From: the human T2T-CHM13v2.0 reference genome, Homo sapiens
Assembly: GCF_009914755.1 (NCBI RefSeq)
Contig: NC_060933.1
Length of the DNA: 64,000 nucleotides
Direction: 5' to 3' (one strand)
Part shown: piece by piece, positions 43,180 through 57,250 of the stretch
Position numbering within the stretch: position 1 is the stretch's first letter
Layout: every line of letters begins with the position of its first letter
Made by a program: the position numbers and the translations under genes
The notes under the pieces: generated by a model
Databases searched by the model: none
What the model saw: the letters and a program-made list of their open reading frames with translations, nothing else
What the model was told of the DNA's origin: nothing

Positions 43180-44810
43180 CATGGAGATTATATTCAAGGA
43201 TATTAAAAAGAACAAGATAAATAATTTTGATAATTAAAAGCTACAAAAAGAACATGAAAATGTAAAATATAGTTTATAATATTAAACATAGTTGAATTTA
43301 ACAAGTAGATGTTTGCTAAAAAATAAATGAGTTATCCACAATGATGCCAAGTCAAAAATAGATTAAAAATATAAAAATAGATAAGACATTTTTAGAATAT
43401 AAATGAGTAAATATCATCAGAATATAAATGAATGTAATTGAGTATAAAGTTCTCAATTATATATATATATATATATATATGTAATTGAAACCTCGTTCAT
43501 AGAGAAGAAAAAGAATGGGGGAAAATTCTATATACAGAAGTAATGTTTGGAAATTTCCTCATACTTTTGAAATCATTCAGCCATACATTCAAATGGTCTT
43601 ATAAACCCCATGCTTTGCAGCCCATAGGTTAAAAACGAAATCATAATGGTTAGGAGAAGATATTTTTTACTAAAGAATGATAAAAATTCCACAAATAAAA
43701 ATTTGCATGGTAAAGGAAAAATCATGCTTAGAAAGTTTCTCATAGGCTTAAGTATACATATTAAAGAACAAAAAGGCTGAAAATTTTAGTAACTAAACAT
43801 CTTCAAGAAATTAGAAAAATAATAGTAAAGTATAATATATCTAAAGAAAGTTGAATAGAGGACATAGAACAAAAAGTAGAATCATAAACAATGGAGAAGA
43901 TCAGCAGAGAAAACTATATTTTAAAGTATTGATATAATTGGTAAATTGCTGGCAAGCTAAATTAAGAAAAAGGAAAGAAAATACAAAAAGCCTAAGCATT
44001 AAAAGATAACACTACTAGACAACTGAAGACTCAAAAAAGATAGCCAAAAGATATTATGGACAACTTTATGACCATTTCTTGCAAGTGTTACAGAAATGAA
44101 AAAAATTCTTAATAGACTAAAACTGCGGAGACTTACATAAAAACAGAAAATCCAAATAATTCTATAACAATGAAACTGAATATATAATTAACCTTTCCAC
44201 ATACACTTTAGACATATATTTTTACACATATATTTTTACATACACATATATTTTCACATAGCAACAACAAGAAATTGGAAAAGGAAATTAAAAGGATATG
44301 TTTTAATAGGATAAATAATATTAAATGTATTGGAATAAATTCAGTGAAATATATGCAAGACCTCTACAAAGAAAATTGTAAAAAAAAAATGTTTAGAGAA
44401 AGTAAAATATGCCTTAGTAAATGTAATAAATGTCATGTTCATGAATTGGAAGATTAGATATTGAGAGGTTTTTGTTTTTCCCTTGTAGAAATTATTCATA
44501 AAATTTATGTAGAAACGAAAGGTTCAAAAATAGCAAAGACACTTGAAGAACCAGGTAGGAAGGACTTGTTCTACCAGCTATTGATTTATTATATTATTAC
44601 TCCAATTAAGACACCGAGATTGTCATCAATATTGAAAAATAGATCAGAAGCAACAAATTAAAAATCCAGGTAAGACCCATATTTTTGTGGACAATATTGC
44701 TTATAGAGTTGGCACTGCAAAACAATATAAAAACATGAGTCTTTTATAGAAATTATGTCAGTACATTGGCATTTCTATACAAAAACAATGAAATCCGACA
44801 CCTAAGACAT
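43180..44810 (+). mobile_element. Ancient L1M (L1ME-like) fragments
   Basis: A-rich degenerate ORF1/ORF2 (gtgaaatatatgcaagacctctac, tgttcatgaattggaagatt). Confidence 0.75.
43458..43480. repeat. (TA)n microsatellite
   Basis: About 11 TA units. Confidence 0.9.
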
Positions 44811-47800
44811 GTAACTCATTTCCTTATAATACTTAATTTTCCCCTGGTTTAACCTGTCTTAGCCTGTCTTGGCCATATCTTGTTGATGAGGCAAACTATT
44901 TATATAAACAATAGCTACTTCATAAGCTATAGGCTGGCCACAGGTTTTTAGAGTCTGCTCTTCAATACTTGGTTATTTTTTTCTCTTAGCTTTTTGAAAT
45001 TTAACTCTAAGAATATGTCAGTTAGCAAGTGGTTTGCTCCTAATTATACTCCATTAATTAACTTCTGGAAAGAAAATTTAATCTGGTTCAATTTAAAAGT
45101 TGTTTTTCTACTCATGTTCCATATATAGATGCCTCAAAATTTCTGAAATGTAAATTGGCATAATGCTGTAATTCTTTTGGTAGGATTTATATCAATTTTC
45201 TTTGGAGTCAATCTTAATTACATTTGAATACCAAAATCTATATTTTGTTTCTAATTGTAGCAGAAAGGTTTACCTAAGTTAAAATATGTCTGATCATTAA
45301 AAATATGTATGGAATTCAAATAGAAATTTTAATTGCTTTCTTATTTTAAAAAATATATATATTACAAGTTCAGATGTCTAAAAATAGTTAAACTAGAAAA
45401 TTCAACACAAAGAAATGAAAGATAAAACAATTGAATTATTGACCTCACAATAAACTGGGGGTGTTTAATACAAATGCCTTAGGTAATATACCATACACAT
45501 TTGAAAAATGAAAAATGATAACATGGTCTGAAGTTGCCAGTTACAGAAGCATTAAAATATGAAGCCATTAGTCAGAATGAATCATATTCCTATTTTGTCT
45601 TCATATTGAAATATTCAATAAATTCTAGTAATTCCATATTTATCTTACATTTAATAATCTTCAGGAAATTACCAACATGATCTTTGCCATGTAACATTTT
45701 CTCTTTTACCTTTATTTCACTTCTTAAATTCTGAAAATTAAGTAACCAAGTCATTCTTTTGTAAATGCATTCATTATTTGTTATTCAATAAGCAAATCTT
45801 TGTTATTCAATCAACAAAGTGAAAATATTAGCACTTCAGTAAGATTTAAATATTCAATCTTAATTGATTCAAAAGGTCTTCTAGCCACCCCCCACCGATT
45901 TCTAAGGTGCCTTTTTGCCAACTATGGGTAGATCTTATCACATTTTAATTCTTGGCCCTAAAATTTCTAATTAGCAAAGTATTGCACGGTATTTGAGGGC
46001 TGCTGATTAGCATCTAAGAGACTATTCCCAATAACATTCCCAGTGTGTATTAAGTCAATCCAAATTTTGATAGATTATTCTTTTCTTATTTTACAGAAAC
46101 CAGTCATTTTTCCATACTAATTTGGTCTCAATGAGAACAACATAATTCTCATTCATCTCCCTGTAGAAGTTATATATTTCCAAAGTGGTTCAAATGTACT
46201 GAAAGCCAACTCACCACTAGGAATTGAATCAAAATTGACCCACAGACGTACAACATTAAGTTTGCTGCGAAGATTTAAATCAGTGGGACATAAAATAAAA
46301 ATTGTATGCTACCCAAACCAAAGCCTCTCCTTCAAAAAATACTGTTGTTTTTGTTGTTGTCATTGTTTTCCCATTATGTCACAGTTCTTAAGTGGTAGAA
46401 AAGCAAGTTGATAGGAATCACTTTATCTTGTAGTTTCATTTTCATACCACAGAGCTTCAGTTTCCTTCCAGGCAAAAGTCATCAGTGTAGTAACAGATGC
46501 ATCTTTTTCTGCCCTAGGATCTTAGAATCAATGGGATTATCAAGACGGAGATTACCTTAGCAATGAGTGAGCATTGTTTTGTGCATAAAGGCATTGAGAT
46601 TCATATAAGAATTGACTTGAGGTCCACTGTCTAGTTACTTTAAAAGCAGAATGATATAAAGGTTTATTCTAGCTAATCTGTGCCATTTCCAGTCAGCTCT
46701 TTGTTTTTCCTTGTTTTCTCTTGTATATTTGCTTTTCTCACATCTAGGTCAAATAACTGCTTTTTTGGATAATGTAGCGGATCTCCTTATGTCTGCCTCA
46801 TCCAAACTTTCTCCAACAACATAACTGAGTGGGCAGTAGAAAGTGTGAGGCTGCCCTAGGCTCCAGTTTATTGGACTAGAGTTGAGCAGCTGAGTCAAAA
46901 TTAATCAGTCACAATCTCTATGGTGTGAATTAGAAAATGTGAGATGGGGACTTTTAAAACATACCAACTCATCAGGCCCTTCTAGAGATCAGTTAAAGCA
47001 GGAATCACAGGGTGAGGACTACACTGTAACTCCCCACTTCTTTCTCATGGTCAGGATTCAGAGCCATTAATGCAGATTATAGTTATTTTATACCTGTTTC
47101 CATAGGCCATCTATATTCTGGTTGCATATATGTGAATTTGTATGTATATTCCTATTATGTACTTATAGACTGTGGCCACATTCATGTATATTACTCCAAA
47201 AGCATAATCTTTGGCCCTTACCTCAATTTCAACAATTCTACAATATCTTTCACTAGCCTGAATAAACAATTTTGATTTAGTGTTCATGTTCCTCCAGCCT
47301 TCAGTAATCTTCATTCCACCATAGTACTCCATATAATATTGTCATGTGTCAACTAAATGCTAATTTTTTAAAAATTATGTTTCTGGTATATAAAATGTAA
47401 TTAGAAATCCAAATAGTAAATTAGCCCTTAAAATAATGCATAAATAATTTATCATGTATAAAACTTTTCTGATAAAAATATATCTCTATAAAATGATAAA
47501 CACTATTTTGATTAATTGGTTAAATTGACCTTTTCCTTTAATTAACTTTTTCTATATTAAATTTATTAAAAATACTCCAGTATTTAATTAATGTTTAACA
47601 TGGAAAATTGTGTTTGGTAATTGACTTAATTTTTTTACTAATTGGTTACATATTAAATCCTCGTTTTCATAGAACACTGCTCATTACTAAGAATAATAAT
47701 TCTAGTCAAGAAAATATTCATCACTTTGGTAGAGGTTTTTTTCCTAAATTAATAATACAAAAGTTAATTTTTATTGAATTACTTCTGGTTAGGGATATTA

Positions 47801-49512
47801 ACCTTAATCAGGCAAACTTCTTATCTTCTCTAGCTTACAGTTTAATGCAGTGGTTTGTAATATATCACACAATGCAGTAAGCATTCTGCACATATACATG
47901 TTTGTGTGTGCATGTGTGTATATATACACATATATATGTACACAGGTGTTTTATTTGAACAGAGATAATTACCATTCATAAATGCCCATTGGTTAATTGC
48001 TTAATAATCGTATTTAGTGGCTCAAAGTAAAACACTTGTGCATTATGTTTTACGATACTAAGATGTAAGTTCTAACCAAATCCTGTGCTGACAAGGAACA
48101 CGTTCCTTGATGAGCTCTACAAAGACCTACAAAAATAGTAATTCAAACACCAATTATTCATATTTTATACAAATGTTTGCCTATACGTAGCCTAGGTAAT
48201 AATCAACCTGAAAGTTTATATTGTTAGAGGCATGTCAGTCCTAACCAAGGAGACTTTTTCTGATTTTATGTCACTACATATATATAAATGATGCATTTTA
48301 GTCTATTTAGGAAAATATTGTTAGCTTCAATTCCAAGTTTTTATTTATTTATGAGGTTTCTTATAGTTTGATTAAAATAATTTGTTACAAACCTGTCACA
48401 TTCAGTTATTCCATGATCCACCACAAATAGAAATTCTCACCATCTCAAATGTAATAGTGCAGATAAGTTGTAAATATAATTATGATATGCACTTATAAAA
48501 TATAAGGATAGGAGAAAAAAATCCAGCCTCTTATTTGTGTATCATGTCCTTTAAGATTATATCTAGTATTGCAGCTTGGGCCCCTTGACTGTCACTTCAT
48601 TGCCAGGAAATTTTCGGCAGTGCTTTGAACTATTTTCATCAAAGACAGAAGGGTGTGGTGCCATAGGAGTTAAAAGACTAGATCGTCTCAATGAGAAGGG
48701 TGTGATCCAGTGAACTAGGCAACTTCAAAAGTACAGTAAACTATGAGTTAAAAACTTCTATTAGTTTTGGCAACTTGAAAGGTATTTTTGAATTTATGGA
48801 AAGCAATATTTTATGAACTCAGACAGTAAAAGCCAAACTGCCATAAAGTGAGGAGTGATAGGGTACAGGGTATAGTCGATTGTAGACAGGGTATCAATGC
48901 TGAGGAAGTTAGCCTGGGCTTGTGTTGAACCACTGACCTGTGTGAACGGAAATGTCCTCAGAAACACTGTATTAAAGGAAAAATCTGCATGACAGCTCTG
49001 GATCACAAAATGGAAAGCCAAGCAGAGCCCGGCCACGGGCGGCGTTGAGAAGAGTAAGGTTGTTGAGACTTGGGGACCAGCGTAGGGTTAAAATAGAGAC
49101 ACAACTGACCTTGATGCTTCTTAAAGTATTTGTATTTGTTCTATGATCTTAAGTCTTCACTATTAAAATAATTGATTTGTCTAGTTCTAGTTCTATGCAA
49201 CATTCAGAGTTAAAATCACTAGCAAAGTCTCTTAAGTGTATCAGAATCCAAAATAGAATTCAGCCAAAATCTTCTCTTGCTCCAGGAATAGGCTTTTAAA
49301 CCAAGACTCAGTTACCTCATCACCCTTAGGAAGTTTTGAGTTGAATACTTTCGAAAATCCAGAAGATAGACTGACCTAAACTGAGTTTTCTTTTTTTTTC
49401 TTTTCTTTTTTTTTTTTTTTTTTGAGGAGTGATAAGATAGTAAAAAACGTCTCCGGAAATCCTGAGTTTGGCTAGCATAGTGTAGTGAATATGTTTCTTT
49501 GTAATGTCGTGA

Positions 49513-49891
<379 letters not shown>

Positions 49892-50109
49892 GAATAACTT
49901 CTTAAATACTTTTTTTTTTCTTCTTCTAATTCTTACTGTGGAAAGTTCCTATGACCCTGGAAATTGAGTGAAATATTTAGTGTGGAATCGCCTGCATTTT
50001 CATGAAATTTCTTCAACTATGTTTTTAGAATGGTGATTTTATAATAGTAAGTTGTCAGTAAATTTGTGTTGATTAATCACCTGATTTCTAAATTATTTTC
50101 CTAACTTTT

Positions 50110-50717
50110 AATACCTTTTAAAACGTAAACTTTAAAAAATAATTCATATAAAACCTGAATATACAGAACTACAAATTGTTAACATTTTGGCACTTTTGAT
50201 TTCTCTATCTCCATCTTCGTATATTTTGAGTTACAGATACTGAGAATCTTTCCTCCCTAATTCAGCATGCATATCTTTCTAAATGCCCTCCCCCACTTTT
50301 TTTATTCCAGAGTCTAGTCAAGGTTCACACGTTGCTTCAAATTCTTTGTCTGTAGTTTCTTCTAACCAAGAGAGTCCCCCCTCCCCCTCTTTGTTTTTCC
50401 TGATCTTTACTTTTTGAGGGATACGGATTAGTTGACATAAAATGTTCCAAATTTTGTTCAGGTCTTTTGATTTCTAATTAAATTGTTTTCTCTATAAGAA
50501 CACTACATGAACCATGTTGTATAGTTGTGATTGCTTCTTATTAGTCATTAATAATGTCATGTTTATTAGACATGATGTTAAGTCACTTGGTTAGTATAAT
50601 AATTACCAAATCTCTTCAACTGTCTCACGTTAAGAAATGTGAATATCTTGTCCTGATCCTCTCCACCCCCATAATATTTCATAAAATGGTTTTAAAGCCC
50701 TAAAACTTAAAGTATAA

Positions 50718-50748
<31 letters not shown>

Positions 50749-50870
50749 AACCACTGTGGAAAAAAAAAAAAAGCCCTTGCTGATTATGTATTTAAGCCAT
50801 CAGTACATTAGTGGTTACAAAGTGGTGATTTTAAAATTCTGCCTTTTCTTCCACATTAATTATTTGGCAA
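50110..50870 (-). mobile_element. Ancient L1M (L1MC/ME) 3' fragment containing (TAAA)n at ~50716-50749
   Basis: aaattgttaacattttggcac...tccagagtctagtcaaggttcacacgttgc. Confidence 0.55.
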
Positions 50871-52129
50871 TCTCCTCTATACAAATATTTTCTTCCCACT
50901 GTCCCTTTGTCCCCGACCTCCAATAATTACTTACACAGGAAATAGCAGCTAGGGCTAGCCAAATAGAAAATGTAATGAGGGTAAAATCTTTCTCCAGCAC
51001 TTGGTTTTCTTTTCTAGATATTTTCCCCTCACCCGGTCTTCTCAAATATCCCTTCCACTTGAGGACCCAATGACTCTATGCATTCTCTTATTCTTTCCTA
51101 AATATTACAGTGACTAAGACTTATTAGCTACTTTAGAACTTTAAACAGATCATTCATTCTCTTTGAATAGAGGTTTTTCATCAGTTCAAGGTAGTAACAT
51201 GTATCCTTCATTGAGTTGTAAGAATTTCAAAAGATAACAGTGGAGTGTGATACATGGTTAAAGTTTAAGAAATTTCCATTAGCAAATGTAAAGCACTAGG
51301 AAGAGATAAGTATCAGGTTCCTTCCTGCACTTCATTTTCTACTGTTCTTGTGTTTTAGGAGTATTTATGATTATTCAGCTAATGTTATTTATTCATAAAA
51401 TAACTAGTTTTTATGCTTATATACCTTTACCTCATTTTTGGCAGAGAATAAAATGTATTATATATATCCTATTTCAAAACATATGGTTATTGAATAGAAG
51501 AAATTACCACATAAAATAAACTCTTGCATAAAGTTGCATGTTTATGAGGTCTTTGTTAATTGTCTTTGTTAACATTGTCTTTGTTAATTGTGTTGCTTCT
51601 ACCTTATTTAGAATATTTTAAAAATTATATTTTAATGTCGAATATCACAATATCTATTGGAGTTTAAAGGTAATCATCACACACAGGTTTAAAACAGAGA
51701 TTGATGGAGTTAGAAAAAAATGAAAATTAAAATGTGGATGACGTTACGCACACTGCTAAGTCAGTTTGCACCGTGGCCAGATAGTCTTCCTTCCCCACCC
51801 TCACTGAGTATGTACACTGGAAAAATCCAGCTAAGAGAAAACATAGGACTTGCAGCAGAAACATCCCTTCAGGTATCAGTGGGACTTCTAACTCATATTT
51901 TTAAGCTTGAAGAACAGTGGCAGAGAAATAAAACATAGATTTGACTCTACAAACCAGACCCTGAGTCCTGAGGAAGAACCAGGTTAATGGAAAATGAAGA
52001 ATGGCAAGAAGAGCAGCCCAAAGAGTAAACCCCAGAGGGAGGGAGTAAAACTACATATGCCCAGTGCTTTTTGCTATCCTCAGAGGGGAATAAACAGGGG
52101 GATTACAAGAGAGAGAAGAGCATGTACAT

Positions 52130-52370
52130 AGAGGAGAGAACCTGCAGAGCAGAGATAGAGTTAGGATTGTTCCAAGGCTATTGAAAAAAGTTCTAGATGA
52201 GAATTGATTGCTGGCTGCAGTGAAGTTATTAAAAAATGGTCAGATTTTGGATATATTTTAAACTTCGAGTCAGTAGAATTTGCTGATGGATACAGTAAGG
52301 AATATAAGACTATAAGAGAAAGTCTAGGATGACTCTGAAGTTTTGGACACATGTTAGGTTGGAATTTCTT
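52130..52370 (-). mobile_element. L2 fragment
   Basis: aaatggtcagattttggatatattttaaa...agtctaggatgactctgaagttttgg. Confidence 0.7.
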
Positions 52371-53162
52371 TTTTATTATGTGTCAAATTTTATTTCTCTG
52401 CACATATCACAGTGTTTTTTATTGCTTATCAGTCTTTTAAAGTAAGTTGTTGTTTTATTAAAGGCACATCTTATTTTTAAATTAAAATGATATTACATGA
52501 CTTTGTCAGAAAGGTCAATCACCAGCATTTTGTCTCTTCATCCCACAAGATTACTCCCCAGATGGTAACAGTTTTTCTACTATTTTTAAGATATTTTTTC
52601 TATGATATTTTTAAAATTACATTTAAAAATGTTAAAACATTACTTTCTTTAAAATAATGAAATTATATTTCATTTACTCATTTTAGTAACTCTTGATTTC
52701 CTGTTATGGTAGTTGAAGATTTAGCTTTCCACCCATCCTCACATTCCTGCTTTCCCTTTTCTCAGCCTTTTGACTAAGATTTCTTTAAACTCATTAATAG
52801 ATTAATAGAAGATATTTTCATGGTGATGACTATGTAAATACAATTCACTTCTAAAGGACGTATTGTGCTATGATTACCTTTCTTTTCCCATTGCCTCCCT
52901 TCATCACTACACACTGGACTTAATAATTGCTTAATTTACGTTAGTTTCCTATACGTGTATGAACATTTTTCTCCAAATGCATTGATCTGTCAATAGGAAG
53001 GATTCCTCTTCCTTCCTATTTCCCAGTCTATATCGTTGAAGTCTAGGCTTGAAACAAAGATGTTATTTGTGTATTTCTCTCACTTCTCTTATTTTTTGTA
53101 ATCCCACTCTCTGGATCTCATGTCTTCCTTTTAAGGTTTTCTGCATACACATCTTCTAATAT

Positions 53163-53339
53163 AGTGTTTTTGAAACTTTAGCGTGCATCAGAATCACATG
53201 GATATCTTTTTAAAACAGTTTACTAGGTTTTAACCCCAGTTTCTGATTCAGTGTATCTGGGGTGAGGAGAGTGAATTTGCCTTTTCAACAAATTCTCAGG
53301 TGCTGCTGCTGATTTGGGCAATACACTTTAAAAACTATT
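53163..53339. mobile_element. MER5A (hAT-Charlie)
   Basis: aaactttagcgtgcatcagaatcac...tttctgattcagtgtatctggggtg...aacaaattctcaggtg...acacttt. Confidence 0.85.
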
Positions 53340-53389
53340 CCAGGGCACAAGGGACATAAGATTTTGAGAGCTTCCATGTCTTTCTAGTT

Positions 53390-53872
53390 TAGCTAGTATG
53401 ATAAATTGCGCTATTGCCTAAAACCCCCCATGCCTACTTGTATCCAAGCCTTTTGGGGTTTTTGTTTGTTTGTTTGCTTGTCGTGTAACTGCAATTCTTT
53501 CTACTAGAAGTGGAGTTCACTTCCCTGTTTTACTGGTGAGGGGTTTGGTAATGTTCTTTGCTTGGGCCAATGCTGTTTTAATAGATGGAACTCAAGCAAA
53601 TGATTTATACTTGCTTGCAGGATGAGTTTCTCTTATGTTTTCCCCTTCAACAACAACAACAACAACAGTGACAACGAAAGTAAGAAAGAAAAAAGCCTTA
53701 GGTAGTGTTGTCATCTCAAAAATGAGAGACATCTGAGGCAAACCTAGCTGAGCCTAGCATGTAGAAGCTTAACCACAGATAATCTGCAGGAGCATGGGTG
53801 AAAAATATATGCTTGTTTATATAAGCCACTGAATTATCATGTAGTGTAACAGTGTGAAAGTAGCTAAATAAT
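53390..53872 (+). mobile_element. MaLR solo LTR (MLT1-type)
   Basis: 3' end tgcttgtttatataagccactgaatt...aaagtagctaaata. Confidence 0.6.
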
Positions 53873-55224
53873 AGAAAGCCTGGGAAAGAATAATTTTCTC
53901 TCAGAGTGTTCATTTGTTTAAGAGCTTACAATTTTTCCCCTTATGGAACATTTTAGAGAATTCCCTTCAAATGATTTCTCTGAATTTTGCAATGATCAAC
54001 ACTGTGAAGGACCTTTTCTCATTTATTGTGCTGACTTCATGATTGGCCGTTTTATTCTAGAGATACAAATTCTTATCTCCCAGAATTTTCATATATTGCT
54101 ATTATATTTTCTTCATGATCACCCAATTATGTTTTATTTGCTCTTCCTAGAACTCCTATAATCTAGATGTTAAACATTCTAGATTGAGTTATCTTTTCTT
54201 TCATATTTCTGGAATATTTCTGGAATCACTATTTCTGGAATCAGTATTTCTGGAATATTCCCTTGACTTTATCTTCTAAAATTGCCAATTAATTAAAAAT
54301 AATAGACAGTTTTATCCCTAAATTCTCAGCATTCCTGGTTCTTCTTTGAACGTTTCTTATAAAGTCATATTTTCATTTTACAACTGCATTTTCATCTCAC
54401 AACGGGCATTTTCTCTCTTCTTTCTGAGAATAATGAGGATCTATCTACAGTATCTATATATTTACTTTTTTTCTACTTTTTGTTTTGAGGGTTTCTTTAC
54501 ACCATTTTTTGCTTATTTATTGTGGGATCCCCTTTTTCATAAGTTGGTTATTTTTCTTACTGGAGGGCTTATTTGGACGATATCATCTTGGTAGCAGTGA
54601 AGCTTTGCTATAGGAGAGCAGGTTGTTAACTTAGGGTTTTGTTTGAGAACACTCAAAATTAATAGGAGTCTGTTTTTTTCTTTTTCTTTTTTTTTTTTTT
54701 AAATTCCCTAGTGTCACTTAGTTTCTTGTCAAGGAATCTTCCAGGCCAACTCCTGGGTATGTGTTGGTCAGATCAGGTATTATTGACGAGAATTTATGCC
54801 TGGCTGCGAGGATTCTGGGAATAGGTTAGAGAAAGATCCATTAACATGTTTCAGTTCAACATGTAGTTGTTCAATTTCTTTCTCTATTTTCAGCTCTATT
54901 CCTCAATTATGCCGTCAACTGAGTATGAGTCTGGGGTGTCCCCAGCTCAATTTTCTCAAAGAGGAGGAGGAGAGTGCCTTAGCTGTCCTTTGCCCTGCAA
55001 GGCATTTATATTATTATTTCCTTGATTGTTAAGCCTGTAATCATGTCTTCCCACATGCTTTCTGCCTTCTAACAACCAGAAATAACTTGCTTGCTATTTT
55101 CTGTTCTCTTGTTTTCTATCCTTGGGTTTATAATAATTTATCATCACTTTAGTGAATTCAAGGGTGGGAGTTGAGAGGAATTGGGAGGGGTAAATGAGCA
55201 CCCGTGTTCAAGTAGAGGTATAAT

Positions 55225-55360
55225 TTGTTAACTGTGTTAGCTGAACTATAATCTTCATGAAGAGCGGATGTGTAGCTACCTTATTTACAGTTCTATACCC
55301 ATGATCTAGCACAGTGCCAGGCACATAGTTAGCACTTATTTAATACGTGTTGAATGAATG
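55225..55360 (+). mobile_element. L2 3' end
   Basis: ctagcacagtgccaggcacatagttagcactt...tgttgaatgaatg. Confidence 0.8.
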
Positions 55361-56272
55361 CTTCAAAAAGAAATATGTAATATTTAGATATCTGTTTGAC
55401 AGAGTCCACGGATTTCCAATTCAAAGGAGAAAATGCAGAGATGTTGTGGAAAGCAGGCCAGACCATTATTTTTACCCAGCACAGTGGCATGGACAGACAG
55501 ATAATTACTATTAAAAAATTCAGTCCGATTAGCCTTGCTCTTAGTTAACATATTTTGCAGGCACTCTTTACACTTAATTTTTTTCCAGGGAAAACATCCT
55601 TCTCTAGTTCAAAGATATATGGATCACATTCCTGGGCCATTGTGAAGTATTATGAAGTGATTCTTCTCTTTATTTTGAAAAAAATGGAAGGTCAAACAAA
55701 TAATTTTTCTTTTTCAAATATTTGTGGTGTTTTGTCGTGGTAAATTGAGAGGTTATGCTCCATATCACCTGGTATGTAAAATATGATCCACTTAATTCTT
55801 AAAAGATAGTTAGCTTCTATTTGAACAAATATACTGTCCAGTAGCCTTGTACCTTGTGTTCTTGAAAAACACACGTGTGATTGTGAAATACTTTGGTAAA
55901 GAATGCATAAAGCAGAGACAGATCTAAATATTCTTTTAGTAAGATTAGAATTTCTCAGCATTTTTAATCTGGCACATATGAGAATATTGCTATGATGAAC
56001 GTGCATGTATCAGAAAAGGTAAGTTACATTACTTAACTCTCTATTGTTTTTAAGGAAATTCTAAATCCTAATTTGGTTTAGGCCTTTAAACTAATGTCCA
56101 TATAACCCAGCATGACTTATAAAATCTGTGATTATAGGCATGTGTTTATTAGTATGTGTTTGTATATCAAAACATTTATATGAGCAGGCAAATATTCTTC
56201 AGATAAATCATACCCTTCCTAAGTATTTTCCTCCAGAGAAGGTCACTAGTTTGAGAGTAAAAGTACATATAT

Positions 56273-56274
<2 letters not shown>

Positions 56275-56312
<38 letters not shown>
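56275..56312. repeat. (GT)19 microsatellite
   Basis: Perfect GT run. Confidence 0.95.
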
Positions 56313-56315
<3 letters not shown>

Positions 56316-57099
56316 ACATATAGGTTTAAAATGAAAATTCCTTGGCTATAGAAAATATATTTACATGTATATAATAAATTGCTACAGTATTACAAACACC
56401 CATGCTTTCTTATTACCTGGGAAATCCAGATATTCCCTTTCTATTTCCATCTATACAATTCAGCTTGAAATCAAATCGCATCTATGAAAGAAAGAGAACA
56501 GAAGTCCTATTTTTATGAAAAGCAATGCCGAAGCCATGATGTGTCTAATTCACTTCTAAAAATTCTACTTAGGTGCAAGGACGTAGAAGACACTATAGTT
56601 TGCCTATTAGCTTTTGCTGTATACATAGAACCGAAATTAGTATGGCTAACACCCTGTGACTATGGCCATTCTTAATGACTCTTGTAATGCTTATGGATAA
56701 AACTGGTTCTCAATTATCACTCTGGTAATTGGGGCTGCATTTTTAGCATAAGCGAACACCATGGGAGGCCCAGAACTTCACTGTGGCACAGAACCCCCAA
56801 GCCTTCTCACTCTGTCCTTTGTCTTATAACTTGATCTTCATTTCATTCCAAAAACTTGTTCTGATTTCAGCAAATTTCTCTGTTCCTGGAAAAGTTGCCA
56901 TTAATGTACATTAATTTACCATCATCTTCTGTGTATCTGTCCTTCCATTCTGGACTGTTAGCCCCTTTCTCCTTTCTAGTTTTCCATGATACGACCTTTA
57001 TTCACTCTCCTCCTGCAGTAGCCTTTTCAAGATATTATTCCTAATGGATACAGATGCTCAAGTATGTAGACCTGCCATTCAATATGATACATATCAGGG

Positions 57100-57250
57100 G
57101 CACACTTTGTTTTCCTTGTACTCTGTCTGTAGACTCTAAGTCCTATAATTGCAGGAGCTTTGTGTATCCTCTAAATGATGTATCCTCAGAACCTAATGTA
57201 GTGTGTAGTACATAGTAGGCATTCATTACGTATTTGTTGTGTGAATAAAT
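57100..57250 (+). mobile_element. L2 3' end
   Basis: tgtatcctcagaacctaa...acatagtaggcattca...tatttgttgtgtgaataaatg. Confidence 0.7.

Larger units (their letters stand above)
52390..55200 (-). mobile_element. Fragmented ancient L1M block, interrupted by MER5A and an MLT LTR
   Basis: T-rich degenerate L1 sequence on both sides of the insertions. Confidence 0.4.

Noticed and set aside
44200-44260. Degenerate acatatattttt repeats, and a 22-bp-period duplication at 45777-45818
   Set aside because: Ordinary AT-rich slippage products with no further structure
49026-49046. CTCF site
   Set aside because: Needs an indel to fit the core consensus; kept only as a CpG cluster
56016-56024. Perfect splice donor AAG|GTAAGT
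   Set aside because: No convincing upstream acceptor or coding frame; a chance match is plausible in 64 kb
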